In this document: positions 18,774 through 29,491 of the stretch, one piece after another
How the letters are laid out: each line of letters begins with the position of its first letter
Numbering within the stretch: the stretch's first letter is position 1
Source: Vibrio cholerae ATCC 14035
GTDB taxonomy: Bacteria > Pseudomonadota > Gammaproteobacteria > Enterobacterales > Vibrionaceae
Length of the DNA: 32,000 nucleotides
Reading direction: 5' to 3'
Assembly: GCF_000621645.1 (NCBI RefSeq)
Contig: NZ_KK211323.1
Coordinates: 184,947-216,946 of the forward strand
Program-made: the position numbers and the translations under genes
The notes under the pieces: generated by a model
Seen by the model: the letters and a program-made list of their open reading frames with translations, nothing else
Databases searched by the model: none
Told to the model about the DNA's origin: nothing

Positions 18774-20123
18774 GTGAGTAATTACAGCTTAGATTTTTCC
18801 GGCGACGAAGATTTTCGTCCGTTAGCTGCCCGTATGCGTCCACAAACGGTGGAGCAGTATATTGGTCAGCAACACATCTTAGGGCCGGGAAAACCGCTGC
18901 GCCGTGCATTAGAAGCGGGGCATATTCACTCGATGATTCTTTGGGGACCTCCGGGCACCGGAAAAACCACTTTAGCCGAAGTGGCAGCCAACTACGCCAA
19001 TGCGGAAGTGGAACGCGTATCGGCAGTGACGTCCGGAGTCAAAGAGATCCGTGCCGCGATCGAAAAAGCGCGTGAGAACAAACTCAGTGGTCGACGCACT
19101 ATTTTGTTTGTCGACGAAGTCCATCGCTTTAATAAATCGCAGCAAGATGCGTTTTTGCCGCATATTGAAGACGGTACGGTCACTTTTATTGGCGCAACCA
19201 CGGAAAACCCTTCTTTTGAGCTTAATAACGCGCTGCTTTCCCGCGCGCGGGTTTATAAGCTCACCTCACTCAATCAACAAGAAATTCTGCAAGCTCTGCA
19301 TCAAGCGATTGCCGATACTGAATGCGGGCTTGGCAAAGTGGCGGCGGTATTTGCTGATAATGTTTTAGATCGCCTAGCCGAACTGGTCAATGGCGATGCG
19401 CGCATGTCGCTCAATTATCTTGAGCTGCTGTACGACATGGCTCGCGAAGATGATCAGGGACGCAAGCAGATTGATCTGCCTTTATTGGCTGAGGTCGCTG
19501 GTGAAAAAGTGTCGCGCTTTGATAACAAGGGCGATATTTGGTATGACCTGATTTCCGCTGTACACAAGTCGATTCGAGGTTCTGATCCCGATGCGGCTCT
19601 GTATTGGGCGGCGCGGATGATTTCCGCAGGCTGTGACCCTTTGTATATCGCGCGCCGTCTGCTCGCGATTGCCTCTGAAGATGTTGGTAATGCCGACCCG
19701 CGGGGCATGCAAGTGGCGCTTTCTGCATGGGATTGCTTTACCCGCGTGGGGCCTGCAGAAGGCGAGCGCGCGATTGCTCAAGCGATTGTCTACCTCGCCT
19801 GCGCACCGAAAAGCAATGCGGTGTACACCGCGTGGAAACAAGCGCTGTCGGATGCGCATAATCTGCCTGAGTTTGAAGTACCGCCGCATCTGCGTAATGC
19901 CCCAACGCGATTGATGAAAGATCTCGGTTATGGTGAGGAATACCGTTACGCCCATGATGAACCGGGCGCTTATGCTGCAGGGGAGTGCTATTTCCCACCA
20001 GAAATGAGTGGAACTCGCTACTATCAGCCTACTCAACGCGGGCTAGAAACTAAGATTGCTGAAAAGTTAGCGTATCTGGCGGATTTGAACGCAAAAAGCC
20101 CACAAAAGCGCTATGAAAAGTAG
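18774..20123 (+). CDS. rarA: Replication-associated recombination protein A (RarA/MgsA), AAA+ ATPase
   Basis: GTG start. MSNYSLDFS...PLAARMRP, Walker [10 protein letters not shown] and [10 protein letters not shown] are near-collinear with E. coli RarA. Confidence 0.93.
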   Translation: MSNYSLDFSGDEDFRPLAARMRPQTVEQYIGQQHILGPGKPLRRALEAGHIHSMILWGPPGTGKTTLAEVAANYANAEVERVSAVTSGVKEIRAAIEKARENKLSGRRTILFVDEVHRFNKSQQDAFLPHIEDGTVTFIGATTENPSFELNNALLSRARVYKLTSLNQQEILQALHQAIADTECGLGKVAAVFADNVLDRLAELVNGDARMSLNYLELLYDMAREDDQGRKQIDLPLLAEVAGEKVSRFDNKGDIWYDLISAVHKSIRGSDPDAALYWAARMISAGCDPLYIARRLLAIASEDVGNADPRGMQVALSAWDCFTRVGPAEGERAIAQAIVYLACAPKSNAVYTAWKQALSDAHNLPEFEVPPHLRNAPTRLMKDLGYGEEYRYAHDEPGAYAAGECYFPPEMSGTRYYQPTQRGLETKIAEKLAYLADLNAKSPQKRYEK

Positions 20124-20211
20124 TGCCTTTTGGTTATCTTTGGCAGGGTAAATTTCAATACGCGTGGCTTTGGCTAAAAAGGAAGCACACGCGCTTTCTC
20201 GCAACTCTTAA

Positions 20212-21534
<1,323 letters not shown>

Positions 21535-21582
21535 TCCCGTTTTCCTTTAAAGGGAAATTAGCGCTCAAAACGTATAAGAATG

Positions 21583-21611
21583 AAAAAAGCCGACGTGATG
21601 TCGGCTTTTTT
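21583..21611. terminator. Bidirectional intrinsic terminator between the convergent serS and bioA
   Basis: GCCGAC (21589-21594) pairs with GTCGGC (21600-21605) around loop GTGAT. It is flanked by A6 (21583-21588) and T6 (21606-21611). Confidence 0.85.
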
Positions 21612-21641
21612 ATGCTTGTCGTTTGTTGCGCAGCATATTGT

Positions 21642-22928
21642 CTATTGCTTAAAGCAGTTTGGTTGGCTTAACGCGGCTGCCATTGCATCCACCAGCTTTT
21701 GCAGATGTTCAGGTTGACTAATATAGGGTGGCATCAGGTAAATCAACCGACCAAAGGGTCGGATCCAAACCCCATGCTCCACAAAGAGAGCCTGAATCAC
21801 TTCCATATTGACCGGAAAATGTGTCTCCACCACACCAATCGCGCCTAGCCAACGAGTCTGTTTCACTAGTGAAAAATTATTGAGTTTAGGCAGTTGCTCG
21901 GCAAAAAACGCTTCAATATTCGCGACTTGCTGTTGCCAATCCCCTTGCTCAATCAGCGATAAACTCGCACTCGCCACCGCGCAAGCCAGCGGATTGCCCA
22001 TAAAAGTTGGGCCATGCATAAAGCAGCCTGCTTCCCCCGCACAAACGGTATCGGCCACTTGTTGGGTAGTGAGGGTAGCGGATAGCGTCATGTATCCGCC
22101 AGTCAGCGCCTTGCCCACACAGAGAATATCCGGTTGAATTCCCGCATGTTCACAAGCAAAGAGTTTGCCTGTGCGGCCAAAGCCGGTCGCAATCTCATCC
22201 AAAATCAGCAGTACACCAAATTCGTCACACAAAGCTCTAACTTGGCGTAAAAACTCGGGGTGATAGATACGCATACCACCAGCCCCTTGCACGATAGGTT
22301 CAAGGATTACGGCGGCAATCTGGTGGTGATGTTCAGTCAATTTGTGACGAAAATCGGCAATATCACGCTCATCCCACGCATCAAAAAATCCGCCTTCTGG
22401 CGAATTAGCGAAAATATGCTCGGGCAGAAAACCTTTGTACAGGCTATGCATGGAGTTATCTGGATCGGTCACTGACATCGCGGCGAAGGTATCGCCGTGG
22501 TAGCCGTGGCGTAGGGTGAGAAACTTTGCTCTCGGTTGACCTTTGCTGTGCCAATACTGCAACGCCATTTTAAGGCTCACTTCCACCGCAACCGAACCTG
22601 AATCGGCGAGAAACACTTGCTGTAAATTGTTGGGCGCGAGCTTGAGTAGCTTTTGGCAAAGCTCAATCGCCGGTTGATGAGTTAACCCACCAAACATGAT
22701 GTGTGACATCTGCTCGATTTGCTGGTGCGCCGCTTGATTGAGTTTGGGGTGATTGTAACCGTGGATCGCTGCCCACCAAGAGGACATGCCGTCAACTAAG
22801 CTGCGCCCATCTTCAAGTGTGATCATTACGCCATCGGCTCGGCTTACCGGATAACAGGTCAGAGGTGTCAAGGTCGAAGTGTAGGGATGCCAGATGTGGC
22901 AACGGTCGAAGGCTAAATCCATCATCAT
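21642..22928 (-). CDS. bioA: Adenosylmethionine-8-amino-7-oxononanoate aminotransferase BioA
   Basis: 428 aa. DLAFDRCHIWHPYTS at the N-terminus as in E. coli BioA, and a class III aminotransferase sequence. Three tandem ATGs at 22920-22928. Confidence 0.95.
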   Translation of the reverse strand: MMMDLAFDRCHIWHPYTSTLTPLTCYPVSRADGVMITLEDGRSLVDGMSSWWAAIHGYNHPKLNQAAHQQIEQMSHIMFGGLTHQPAIELCQKLLKLAPNNLQQVFLADSGSVAVEVSLKMALQYWHSKGQPRAKFLTLRHGYHGDTFAAMSVTDPDNSMHSLYKGFLPEHIFANSPEGGFFDAWDERDIADFRHKLTEHHHQIAAVILEPIVQGAGGMRIYHPEFLRQVRALCDEFGVLLILDEIATGFGRTGKLFACEHAGIQPDILCVGKALTGGYMTLSATLTTQQVADTVCAGEAGCFMHGPTFMGNPLACAVASASLSLIEQGDWQQQVANIEAFFAEQLPKLNNFSLVKQTRWLGAIGVVETHFPVNMEVIQALFVEHGVWIRPFGRLIYLMPPYISQPEHLQKLVDAMAAALSQPNCFKQ

Positions 22929-22962
22929 TCCAAAATTAATAAAAGATTAATTAATAACCACA

Positions 22963-23015
22963 TGTAAACCTTGTGATTTTCTTATTGTTGACAGTCTAAC
23001 GCCTGTCAGTAGACT
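22963..23015. promoter_or_regulatory. Putative BirA operator overlapping the bioB promoter
   Basis: Half-sites TGTAAACC (22963-22970) and TGTTGACA (22986-22993) are separated by 15 nt. The E. coli bioO form, as I recall it, is TGTAAACC-N16-GGTTTACA. A perfect -35 TTGACA (22988-22993) lies inside the right half-site, with TAGACT (23010-23015) 16 nt downstream. Confidence 0.5.
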
Positions 23016-23054
23016 AGCCAAGCATAAAACCAATAACCCCAATAAGGATTACAC

Positions 23055-24107
23055 GTGGAAGTTCGTCATAACTGGACGGTCGCTGAGGTCAAAGCGTTAC
23101 TGGATAAACCTTTTATGGATCTGCTGTTTGAAGCGCAGCAGGTGCATCGTCTTCATCATCCGCACAACCATGTGCAGGTCAGCACGCTGCTGTCGATCAA
23201 AACTGGCGCTTGTCCAGAAGATTGCAAATATTGCCCGCAAAGTGCTCACTACCGTACTGATGTAGATAAAGAGCGTTTGATGGAAGTCGAGCGCGTATTG
23301 GATGCGGCGCAAAAAGCCAAAAATTCAGGCTCGACCCGTTTTTGTATGGGCGCGGCGTGGAAGAATCCGAAAGAGCGTGATATGCCGCTGCTCAAAGAGA
23401 TGATCCGCGGCGTGAAGGATATGGGGCTAGAAACCTGCATGACGCTGGGTATGTTGACGCCAGATCAAGCGCAGCAATTGGCGCAAGCGGGGCTGGATTA
23501 TTACAACCACAACCTTGATACCTCTCCGGAATTTTATGGCAACATCATCACCACACGCACATACCAAGATCGCCTAGATACCTTATCGCACGTGCGTGAT
23601 GCCGGGATGAAGATCTGCTCGGGGGGCATTATCGGCATGGGCGAAAGCACCAATGACCGCGCTGGGTTATTGGTTGAGCTCGCGAATTTGCCGACTCATC
23701 CGGAAAGTGTGCCGATCAACATGCTGGTCAAAGTGAAAGGTACACCACTGGAACAAGTCGATGATGTGGAACCCTTTGATTTTGTGCGTTTGATTGCGGT
23801 AGCGCGCATTATGATGCCGAAATCTGCGGTTCGCCTTTCAGCTGGACGCGAGAAGATGAATGAGCAGATGCAGGCGCTGTGCTTTATGGCAGGAGCCAAT
23901 TCGATTTTCTACGGTTGCAAACTGCTGACCACCCCCAACCCAGCGGAAGACAGCGATATGCTGCTGTTTAAAAAGCTAGGAATTAACCGCGAACAAGTGG
24001 CGCAAAAGCCCGATGAAATCACGGAAAATGAGTTGTTGGATAGAGTCGTTGAACGAGTAGCCGCGCGCCCAACCGCCAGCGATTTATTTTATGACGCTGC
24101 GCTTTAA
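23055..24107 (+). CDS. bioB: Biotin synthase BioB (radical SAM)
   Basis: GTG start with AAGGA at 23044-23048. [11 protein letters not shown] radical-SAM cluster motif. Collinear with E. coli BioB. Confidence 0.96.
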   Translation: MEVRHNWTVAEVKALLDKPFMDLLFEAQQVHRLHHPHNHVQVSTLLSIKTGACPEDCKYCPQSAHYRTDVDKERLMEVERVLDAAQKAKNSGSTRFCMGAAWKNPKERDMPLLKEMIRGVKDMGLETCMTLGMLTPDQAQQLAQAGLDYYNHNLDTSPEFYGNIITTRTYQDRLDTLSHVRDAGMKICSGGIIGMGESTNDRAGLLVELANLPTHPESVPINMLVKVKGTPLEQVDDVEPFDFVRLIAVARIMMPKSAVRLSAGREKMNEQMQALCFMAGANSIFYGCKLLTTPNPAEDSDMLLFKKLGINREQVAQKPDEITENELLDRVVERVAARPTASDLFYDAAL

Positions 24108-25245
24108 GTCGCGGATTGAGCAAGCTCTGAATGAGCGTGAACATTCAGGGCTGACTCGCCGTCTTCAGCTTTTAGATCGAAGCGCACAAGGTGAACTGAT
24201 TCAGCAAGATCGTACTTACCTGAACTTCTCAAGCAACGATTACCTTGGTTTAGCCAATGATGCTGAGTTAGTGCAGGCTTGGCAAACCGGTCTGGCGCGC
24301 TTTGGCGCAGGCAGTGGCGCTTCGCCGATGGTAACTGGTTTTAGCTCCGCTCATGCCGAGTTAGAGCATGAGTTGTGTCACTGGCTTGGTTACGAGCGAG
24401 CAGTCTTGTTCAGCTCTGGCTTTAGTGCCAATCAAGCCCTGCTGTTTACTTTGCTCGAAAAAGAGGACTTGCTGCTGCAAGACAAACTCAATCACGCCTC
24501 CTTGATGGAAGCGGGTATGTTAAGTCCTGCCACCATGAAACGCTTTAAGCACAATGATACTGAGCATCTTCGCCAATTACTGCATGAGCAGAGCAACAGC
24601 TTAGTGGTGACGGAAGGGGTGTTTAGCATGGATGGCGATTGCGCACCCTTGGCGCAAATTGCAACTTTAGTGAAACAGCGCGCTTGGTTGATGGTGGATG
24701 ATGCGCACGGCATTGGCGTGCTTGGAGAGGATGGGGCAGGGAGCTGCCAAGCGGCAGGGATTCATCCCGAGATTCTGGTCGTTACTTTTGGTAAAGCTTT
24801 TGGGTTAGCAGGTGCGGCGGTGTTGTGTGATGCGCACGTTGGTGATTATCTGACGCAATTTGCACGCCACCATGTGTATTCCACCGCTATGCCTCCGGCA
24901 CAAGCGCATGCTCTGACTCATGCTGCGCGGATGATCCAAAGTCAGTCTTGGCGCAGAGAACAATTGGCTGAGCTGCTGGCGTGTTTTGATGAGCAGTGCC
25001 GCAATATTCCGGGTTTTGTGGCAACACAAACGCCCATCAAACCTTGGTTGTTGGGCAGCTCTGATTCCGCATTGAGTGCATCCCACGAGCTCAAGCAGCA
25101 AGGGATTTGGGTGAGTGCCATTCGACCACCCACCGTGCCTGTAGGCAGTGCGCGTTTACGTATCACGATAACGGCGGCGCATACCCAAGCGCAGATACGC
25201 CGCTTATCGGAGCAGTTAAAACATGTGATGGAGAAGGACACATGA
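24091..25245 (+). CDS. bioF: 8-amino-7-oxononanoate synthase BioF
   Basis: 384 aa. [24 protein letters not shown] and TFGKAFG (PLP lysine) motifs. Overlaps the bioB end by 17 nt. Confidence 0.95.
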   Translation: MTLRFKSRIEQALNEREHSGLTRRLQLLDRSAQGELIQQDRTYLNFSSNDYLGLANDAELVQAWQTGLARFGAGSGASPMVTGFSSAHAELEHELCHWLGYERAVLFSSGFSANQALLFTLLEKEDLLLQDKLNHASLMEAGMLSPATMKRFKHNDTEHLRQLLHEQSNSLVVTEGVFSMDGDCAPLAQIATLVKQRAWLMVDDAHGIGVLGEDGAGSCQAAGIHPEILVVTFGKAFGLAGAAVLCDAHVGDYLTQFARHHVYSTAMPPAQAHALTHAARMIQSQSWRREQLAELLACFDEQCRNIPGFVATQTPIKPWLLGSSDSALSASHELKQQGIWVSAIRPPTVPVGSARLRITITAAHTQAQIRRLSEQLKHVMEKDT

Positions 25246-26045
25246 GCATGACAGCCACGGAGCTTTGTGTTGAATTAAAAGACAAAAGTGCGATTGCGCA
25301 AGCCTTTGGCAAAGCCGCCGCGCACTATGATCAGCACGCGGCTTTTCAGCGCGATGTCGGATTGCGTTTACTGCAAAAAATGCCCAGTTGTCTGAAGGGG
25401 CTGCGAGTATTGGATCTCGGTTGTGGTACCGGTTATTTTTCAGCCTTGCTACGCGAGCGGGGAGCGCAAGTGGTGTGCGCCGATATCTCACACGCCATGC
25501 TTGAGCAAGCAAAGCAACGCTGCGGTGATGAAGGCATGAGTTACCAGTTAGCGGATGCCGAGCAACTGCCTTTTGCATCTGCTTGTTTTGACATGGTATT
25601 TTCAAGCTTAGCATTACAATGGTGTGAAGATCTGTCGCTGCCGCTGAGCGAAATTCGCCGTGTACTCAAACCACATGGTCAAGCCTTCCTCTCCACCTTG
25701 TTAGACGGTTCGCTGTTTGAACTCGAGCAAGCGTGGCGCAGCGTTGATCATCATCGTCATATCAATCAGTTCATTTCCATCAATCAGGTAAAAATTGCGT
25801 TAGCGCAAGCCGGATGTTCGCAACATCACTTAGACTTAGCGGCAATTACGGTTTGGTATGAAGCTGCCTTTATGCTGATGCGCGATCTAAAAGGGATCGG
25901 CGCCAATCATGTCAGTGGACGTTCAACGGGGCTAATCAGTCGCCGAACGTTGGCAAAAGTGGAATTGGCCTACCAATCATTTCGTAACCAACAGGGTCTT
26001 GTGCCTGCCACATATCAGGTTTGTTTAGGGGTTATTCACCGATGA
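25242..26045 (+). CDS. bioC: Malonyl-ACP O-methyltransferase BioC
   Basis: SAM-binding motif [10 protein letters not shown] prefer ATG 25242, which overlaps the bioF stop as ATGA, over the track start 25107, which lies inside bioF in another frame. Confidence 0.9.
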   Translation: MSMTATELCVELKDKSAIAQAFGKAAAHYDQHAAFQRDVGLRLLQKMPSCLKGLRVLDLGCGTGYFSALLRERGAQVVCADISHAMLEQAKQRCGDEGMSYQLADAEQLPFASACFDMVFSSLALQWCEDLSLPLSEIRRVLKPHGQAFLSTLLDGSLFELEQAWRSVDHHRHINQFISINQVKIALAQAGCSQHHLDLAAITVWYEAAFMLMRDLKGIGANHVSGRSTGLISRRTLAKVELAYQSFRNQQGLVPATYQVCLGVIHR

Positions 26046-26737
26046 GAAATGCAATTTTTATCGCAGGGACGGATACCGACGTTGGGAAAACAGTCGCTTC
26101 GAAAGCGATTCTTCAGGCGCTCGCGACACACAATATCGCTACGATTGGCTATAAGCCAGTCGCAGCGGGGAGTGATAAAACTGAGTTTGGCTATCGCAAT
26201 TCCGATGCCTTGCATCTGATGAAAGCCGCGACCGTCGATATGCCGTATGAGGACGTCAATCCTTATGCCTTAGTACTTCCCACTTCACCACACATCGCCG
26301 CTAAGCATGAAAATGTTACGATTGATTATGCGCTGCTAAGCAATAAGCTCTCGAAACATAAGCAAAATGCAGAGTTAGTCGTGGTAGAAGGTGCGGGAGG
26401 TTGGCGAGTTCCTACTTCCGATTCCGATTGTTTATCTACTTGGGTAAAACAAGAGCGTTTACCGGTCATCTTGGTGGTTGGAATTAAACTCGGTTGTCTG
26501 AGCCATGCGATTTTGACCGCAGAAGCGATTCGTGCCGATGGGTTAGAGCTAGTCGGCTGGATTGCCAACCGGATTAATCCGGGAACTGAACACTATGCGG
26601 AGATCATTGAGCATCTAGAAGGGCGGCTTGGTACACCGAAATTAGGGGAGATCCCTTATATGCCTAAGGCTAAACGTCAAGAGTTAGGCAAGTTCATCCA
26701 ACTGGATCACTTGTTAGAACCCGACACCGTGGCATAA
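26042..26737 (+). CDS. bioD: Dethiobiotin synthetase BioD
   Basis: [18 protein letters not shown]-loop, collinear with E. coli BioD. ATG 26042 overlaps the bioC stop as ATGA. Confidence 0.93.
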   Translation: MRNAIFIAGTDTDVGKTVASKAILQALATHNIATIGYKPVAAGSDKTEFGYRNSDALHLMKAATVDMPYEDVNPYALVLPTSPHIAAKHENVTIDYALLSNKLSKHKQNAELVVVEGAGGWRVPTSDSDCLSTWVKQERLPVILVVGIKLGCLSHAILTAEAIRADGLELVGWIANRINPGTEHYAEIIEHLEGRLGTPKLGEIPYMPKAKRQELGKFIQLDHLLEPDTVA

Positions 26738-26751
26738 CGACGCTAAATAAC

Positions 26752-26782
26752 AAAAGGCTGCTCAAACATGAGCAGCCTTTTT
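26752..26782. terminator. Bidirectional intrinsic terminator after bioD, also serving the convergent small ORF
   Basis: GGCTGCTCA (26756-26764) pairs with TGAGCAGCC (26769-26777) around loop AACA. It is flanked by A4 (26752-26755) and T5 (26778-26782). Confidence 0.9.
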
Positions 26783-26818
26783 AGTATCAGACTGTATGGA
26801 AGTTGAGTGTGCGAGAGG

Positions 26819-26989
26819 CTATTTCTCTGCGCTCAAACCCATTAAAGAGTGTTGAGTATCGACGATCTGCTGCTGCAGCGTCTGCTCTTTGGCTTCCAAT
26901 CCGAGTTGAGTACGAGCTTCTTGTTCACTGATACCTAAATGACAACAAAGTAAATCAATCGCCATTTGGTAGCTATGTGCTTCAGCCAT
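26819..26989 (-). CDS. Hypothetical small protein (56 aa)
   Basis: ATG 26989 is preceded by AAGGAAA. The ORF ends 37 nt before the bidirectional terminator. The predicted product is helical and acidic/Gln-rich, and I recognise no family. Confidence 0.4.
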   Translation of the reverse strand: MAEAHSYQMAIDLLCCHLGISEQEARTQLGLEAKEQTLQQQIVDTQHSLMGLSAEK

Positions 26990-27254
26990 GTGTTTTCCTT
27001 TGTTTGTGGTTAAATTCCTTCGACTCACGCACTCTATGCCTTCATTACGGCTATCTCAATACGACCAAAGTCTATACCCTTGTGCCTTCTAGGCTGCTCA
27101 GCATTTGCCGAACAGAATCTGGACATTAAATGTTGCAATTTACTACTTAACCTTGTTTTTCAAATGGAAGAACATATGTTGTAAATAAGAACAAACGATG
27201 TGTGGTAAAGTCGCGCATCGCAACCGCTGAGAAGTTTCCTTCGGAGATTAAGTC

Positions 27255-28118
27255 ATGAAACGTATATTGTTATTCTTAGCAACCAACCTTGCTGTCGTAT
27301 TGGTGCTTAGTGTTGTTTTGAATATTGTTTATGCCGTCACGGGCATGCAGCCAGGGAGTTTGTCTGGTCTGTTGGTGATGGCGGCTGTGTTTGGCTTTGG
27401 CGGTGCATTTATTTCACTGCTGATGTCAAAAAGTATGGCCCTACGCTCAGTGGGTGGTGTCGTCATTGATACTCCACGCAATGAGATGGAACATTGGCTA
27501 TTGGAAACGGTACGTCGCCAAGCAAACCAAGCGGGTATCGGTATGCCAACGGTGGCGATTTATGATGCGCCAGACATGAATGCGTTTGCCACGGGTGCAA
27601 AGCGTGATGATTCTCTGGTCGCGGTCTCAACGGGATTGCTGCACAACATGACGCGTGATGAGGCCGAAGCTGTGTTGGCGCATGAAGTTAGCCACATTGC
27701 TAACGGTGACATGGTCACCATGACGCTGATGCAAGGGGTGGTGAACACCTTCGTGATCTTCTTGTCGCGCTTTATTGCCAATATCGTGGCTTCACGTGAT
27801 TCGGAAGAAGGTGAAGGTAGCAACATGATGGTCTATTTCGGTGTATCTATGGTGCTTGAATTGGTGTTTGGTTTCTTAGCCAGCTTCATCACCATGTGGT
27901 ATAGCCGCCACCGTGAGTTCCATGCCGATGCGGGTGCCGCTCAGTTAGTCGGTAAGCACAAGATGATTGCGGCGTTAGAACGCCTGAAAATGGGTCAGGA
28001 GTCGCATCTTGAAGGTTCGATGATGGCGTTTGGCATCACAGGTAAACGCTCTCTATCCGAATTAATGATGACTCACCCACCCCTTGAAAAACGTATCGCA
28101 GCACTGCGCAATATGTAA
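27255..28118 (+). CDS. htpX: Membrane-bound zinc metalloprotease HtpX (M48 family)
   Basis: 287 aa with the HEVSH zinc motif. Collinear with E. coli HtpX ([45 protein letters not shown]). Confidence 0.95.
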
Positions 28119-28126
28119 TCTCTTCC

Positions 28127-28148
28127 AACCAGCCTTCGGGCTGGTTTT
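28127..28148 (+). terminator. Rho-independent terminator of htpX
   Basis: AACCAGCC (28127-28134) pairs with GGCTGGTT (28139-28146) around a TTCG tetraloop. T-rich tract TTTTGTTT follows. Confidence 0.85.
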
Positions 28149-28199
28149 GTTTATCTTGATTGATAGTCTTCTTGAGCTCGTTTTCTTAACGCTCTTTAG

Positions 28200-28226
28200 T
28201 GATCCCTTACATTCTGAGTTTCGTAA
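28200..28226 (+). promoter_or_regulatory. Candidate ECF sigma (ChrR-controlled sigma-E type) promoter, TGATCC-N16-CGTAA
   Basis: TGATCC at 28200-28205 and CGTAA at 28222-28226, about 100 nt upstream of the five-gene operon. It matches the -35 TGATCC and CGTA-containing -10 that I recall for the RpoE-ChrR (ECF11) group. Confidence 0.45.
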
Positions 28227-28236
28227 CATGAAGTAT

Positions 28237-28268
28237 AAAGTTGTACAGAAAAAATCTTGTACAACTTT
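28237..28268. promoter_or_regulatory. Perfect 11-bp inverted repeat, AAAGTTGTACA-N10-TGTACAACTTT (operator or 5'-UTR stem-loop)
   Basis: Arms 28237-28247 and 28258-28268 are exact reverse complements. A third copy of the half-site, TTGTATAACTTTA, lies at 28312-28324. Confidence 0.4.
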
Positions 28269-28327
28269 ACAAACTCAACTATGGTTGTAATGCATTATAC
28301 GAATCTTAAATTTGTATAACTTTAGGG

Positions 28328-28756
28328 ATGAGCATTATGGACGTACAACACGTCGCGCAGTTTTATCAACAATTAGATAAAAGCCAATTACATAGGCTGA
28401 TTGAAATCTATCATCCTGATGTGGTGTTTGAAGATGCCGCACATCGCATCGAAGGGTTTGACGCCCTTTACCAGTATTTTTTGAATCTTTACCAAAACGT
28501 CCATACCTGTACTTTTACCATTCATGAGCAGTATGCGGTCAATGAGGGCGCGTTTTTGGTCTGGACCATGCATTTACGTCACCCAAAATTAGCCAAGGGC
28601 GAACAGGTGGATGTGAAAGGCGTGAGCCACTTGCACTTTGCCGAGGGCAAAGTGACCTACCATCGCGATTATTTCGATATGGGGGAAATGCTTTATGAGC
28701 AATTGCCTGTGCTTGGGCAAGTTATCCGCGCGATTAAGCGGAGACTAGGACAATGA
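28328..28756 (+). CDS. NTF2/SnoaL-like fold protein
   Basis: About 140 aa with a size and sequence pattern typical of SnoaL-like polyketide-cyclase-fold proteins. An alternative start at ATG 28337 has better SD spacing (AGGGA at 28324-28328). Its stop overlaps the next start as ATGA (28753-28756). Confidence 0.65.
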   Translation: MSIMDVQHVAQFYQQLDKSQLHRLIEIYHPDVVFEDAAHRIEGFDALYQYFLNLYQNVHTCTFTIHEQYAVNEGAFLVWTMHLRHPKLAKGEQVDVKGVSHLHFAEGKVTYHRDYFDMGEMLYEQLPVLGQVIRAIKRRLGQ

Positions 28757-29478
28757 CCGCGGTGTTCATTACCGGTGCGACCTCCGGAATTGGTAAACAA
28801 CTGGCGTTGGATTATGCCAAACAGGGTTGGCAAGTGATTGCGTGTGGACGTAATCAGTCGGTGTTAGACAGCTTACATACACAATATGCCAACATTTTTC
28901 CCTTGGCGTTTGATGTCACCGATCATCCCGGTACAAAAGCGGCATTAGCGCAGCTTCCATGTCAGCCGGAACTCTGGATTTTAAATGCAGGCGATTGTGA
29001 GTACATCGACGATGGCAAGATGGATGTCACACTGATGGCACGTGTGTTCAATATCAATGTGCTTGGCGTAGCGGCGGTGATTGAAGGTATACAGCCACAT
29101 TTGTCCTGTGGTCACCGTGTGGCGATTGTTGGCTCGATTGCCAGTGAGCTGGCCTTGCCGCGAGCAGAAGCTTATGGCGCTTCCAAAGCGGCCGTCGCTT
29201 ATTTAGCACGAACGCTTCAACTCGATTGGCGTCCACTTGGTATCGAAGTCACCACCATTTTTCCGGGCTTTGTCGCCACACCACTCACGGATCGCAATAC
29301 TTTTGCCATGCCCATGATCATCACAGTAGAGCGTGCCGCCCAGGAGATCAAAGCTGGCTTGGCGCGCGGTGTGTCACAACTCTATTTCCCTAAACGATTT
29401 ACTTGGCTGATTCGGTTACTCGGTGCTTTGCCTTATGCATGGCAAGGTCGCTTAGTTCGACGTCTGTTGAAGGCTTAA
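28753..29478 (+). CDS. Short-chain dehydrogenase/reductase (SDR)
   Basis: TGATSGIGK cofactor motif and the YGASK (YxxxK) catalytic motif. Confidence 0.85.
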   Translation: MTAVFITGATSGIGKQLALDYAKQGWQVIACGRNQSVLDSLHTQYANIFPLAFDVTDHPGTKAALAQLPCQPELWILNAGDCEYIDDGKMDVTLMARVFNINVLGVAAVIEGIQPHLSCGHRVAIVGSIASELALPRAEAYGASKAAVAYLARTLQLDWRPLGIEVTTIFPGFVATPLTDRNTFAMPMIITVERAAQEIKAGLARGVSQLYFPKRFTWLIRLLGALPYAWQGRLVRRLLKA

Positions 29479-29491
29479 TAAGGATTTTTTG

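Noticed and set aside
19482-20036. 184-aa minus-strand ORF, plus several 84-105 aa ORFs, inside rarA
   Set aside because: They are antisense or off-frame to rarA, which is collinear with E. coli RarA over its full length. They have an Arg-rich shadow-frame composition.
25107-25241. N-terminal extensions offered by the ORF track for bioC (25107), bioD (26021), oppF (4370), the permease (12868), yfbV (10398), yecA (17428) and the FAD oxidoreductase (29489)
   Set aside because: In each case an internal ATG has a proper SD or an ATGA/TAATG coupling overlap, and it gives a protein length matching known homologues. The extensions overlap the upstream gene or lack an RBS.
27150-27180. Possible sigma-32 heat-shock promoter upstream of htpX (CTTGTTT ... 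AACATATG)
   Set aside because: It matches only about half of the CTTGAAA / CCCCATNT consensus positions, which is too weak to call from sequence alone. The two GTAAA pentamers nearby are 19 nt apart, not the N5 spacing of a CpxR box.
28084-28290. 68-aa plus-strand ORF running from the htpX 3' end across its terminator into the next spacer
   Set aside because: It starts inside htpX in another frame and reads straight through a strong terminator hairpin and the promoter/operator region, so it is not a plausible gene.
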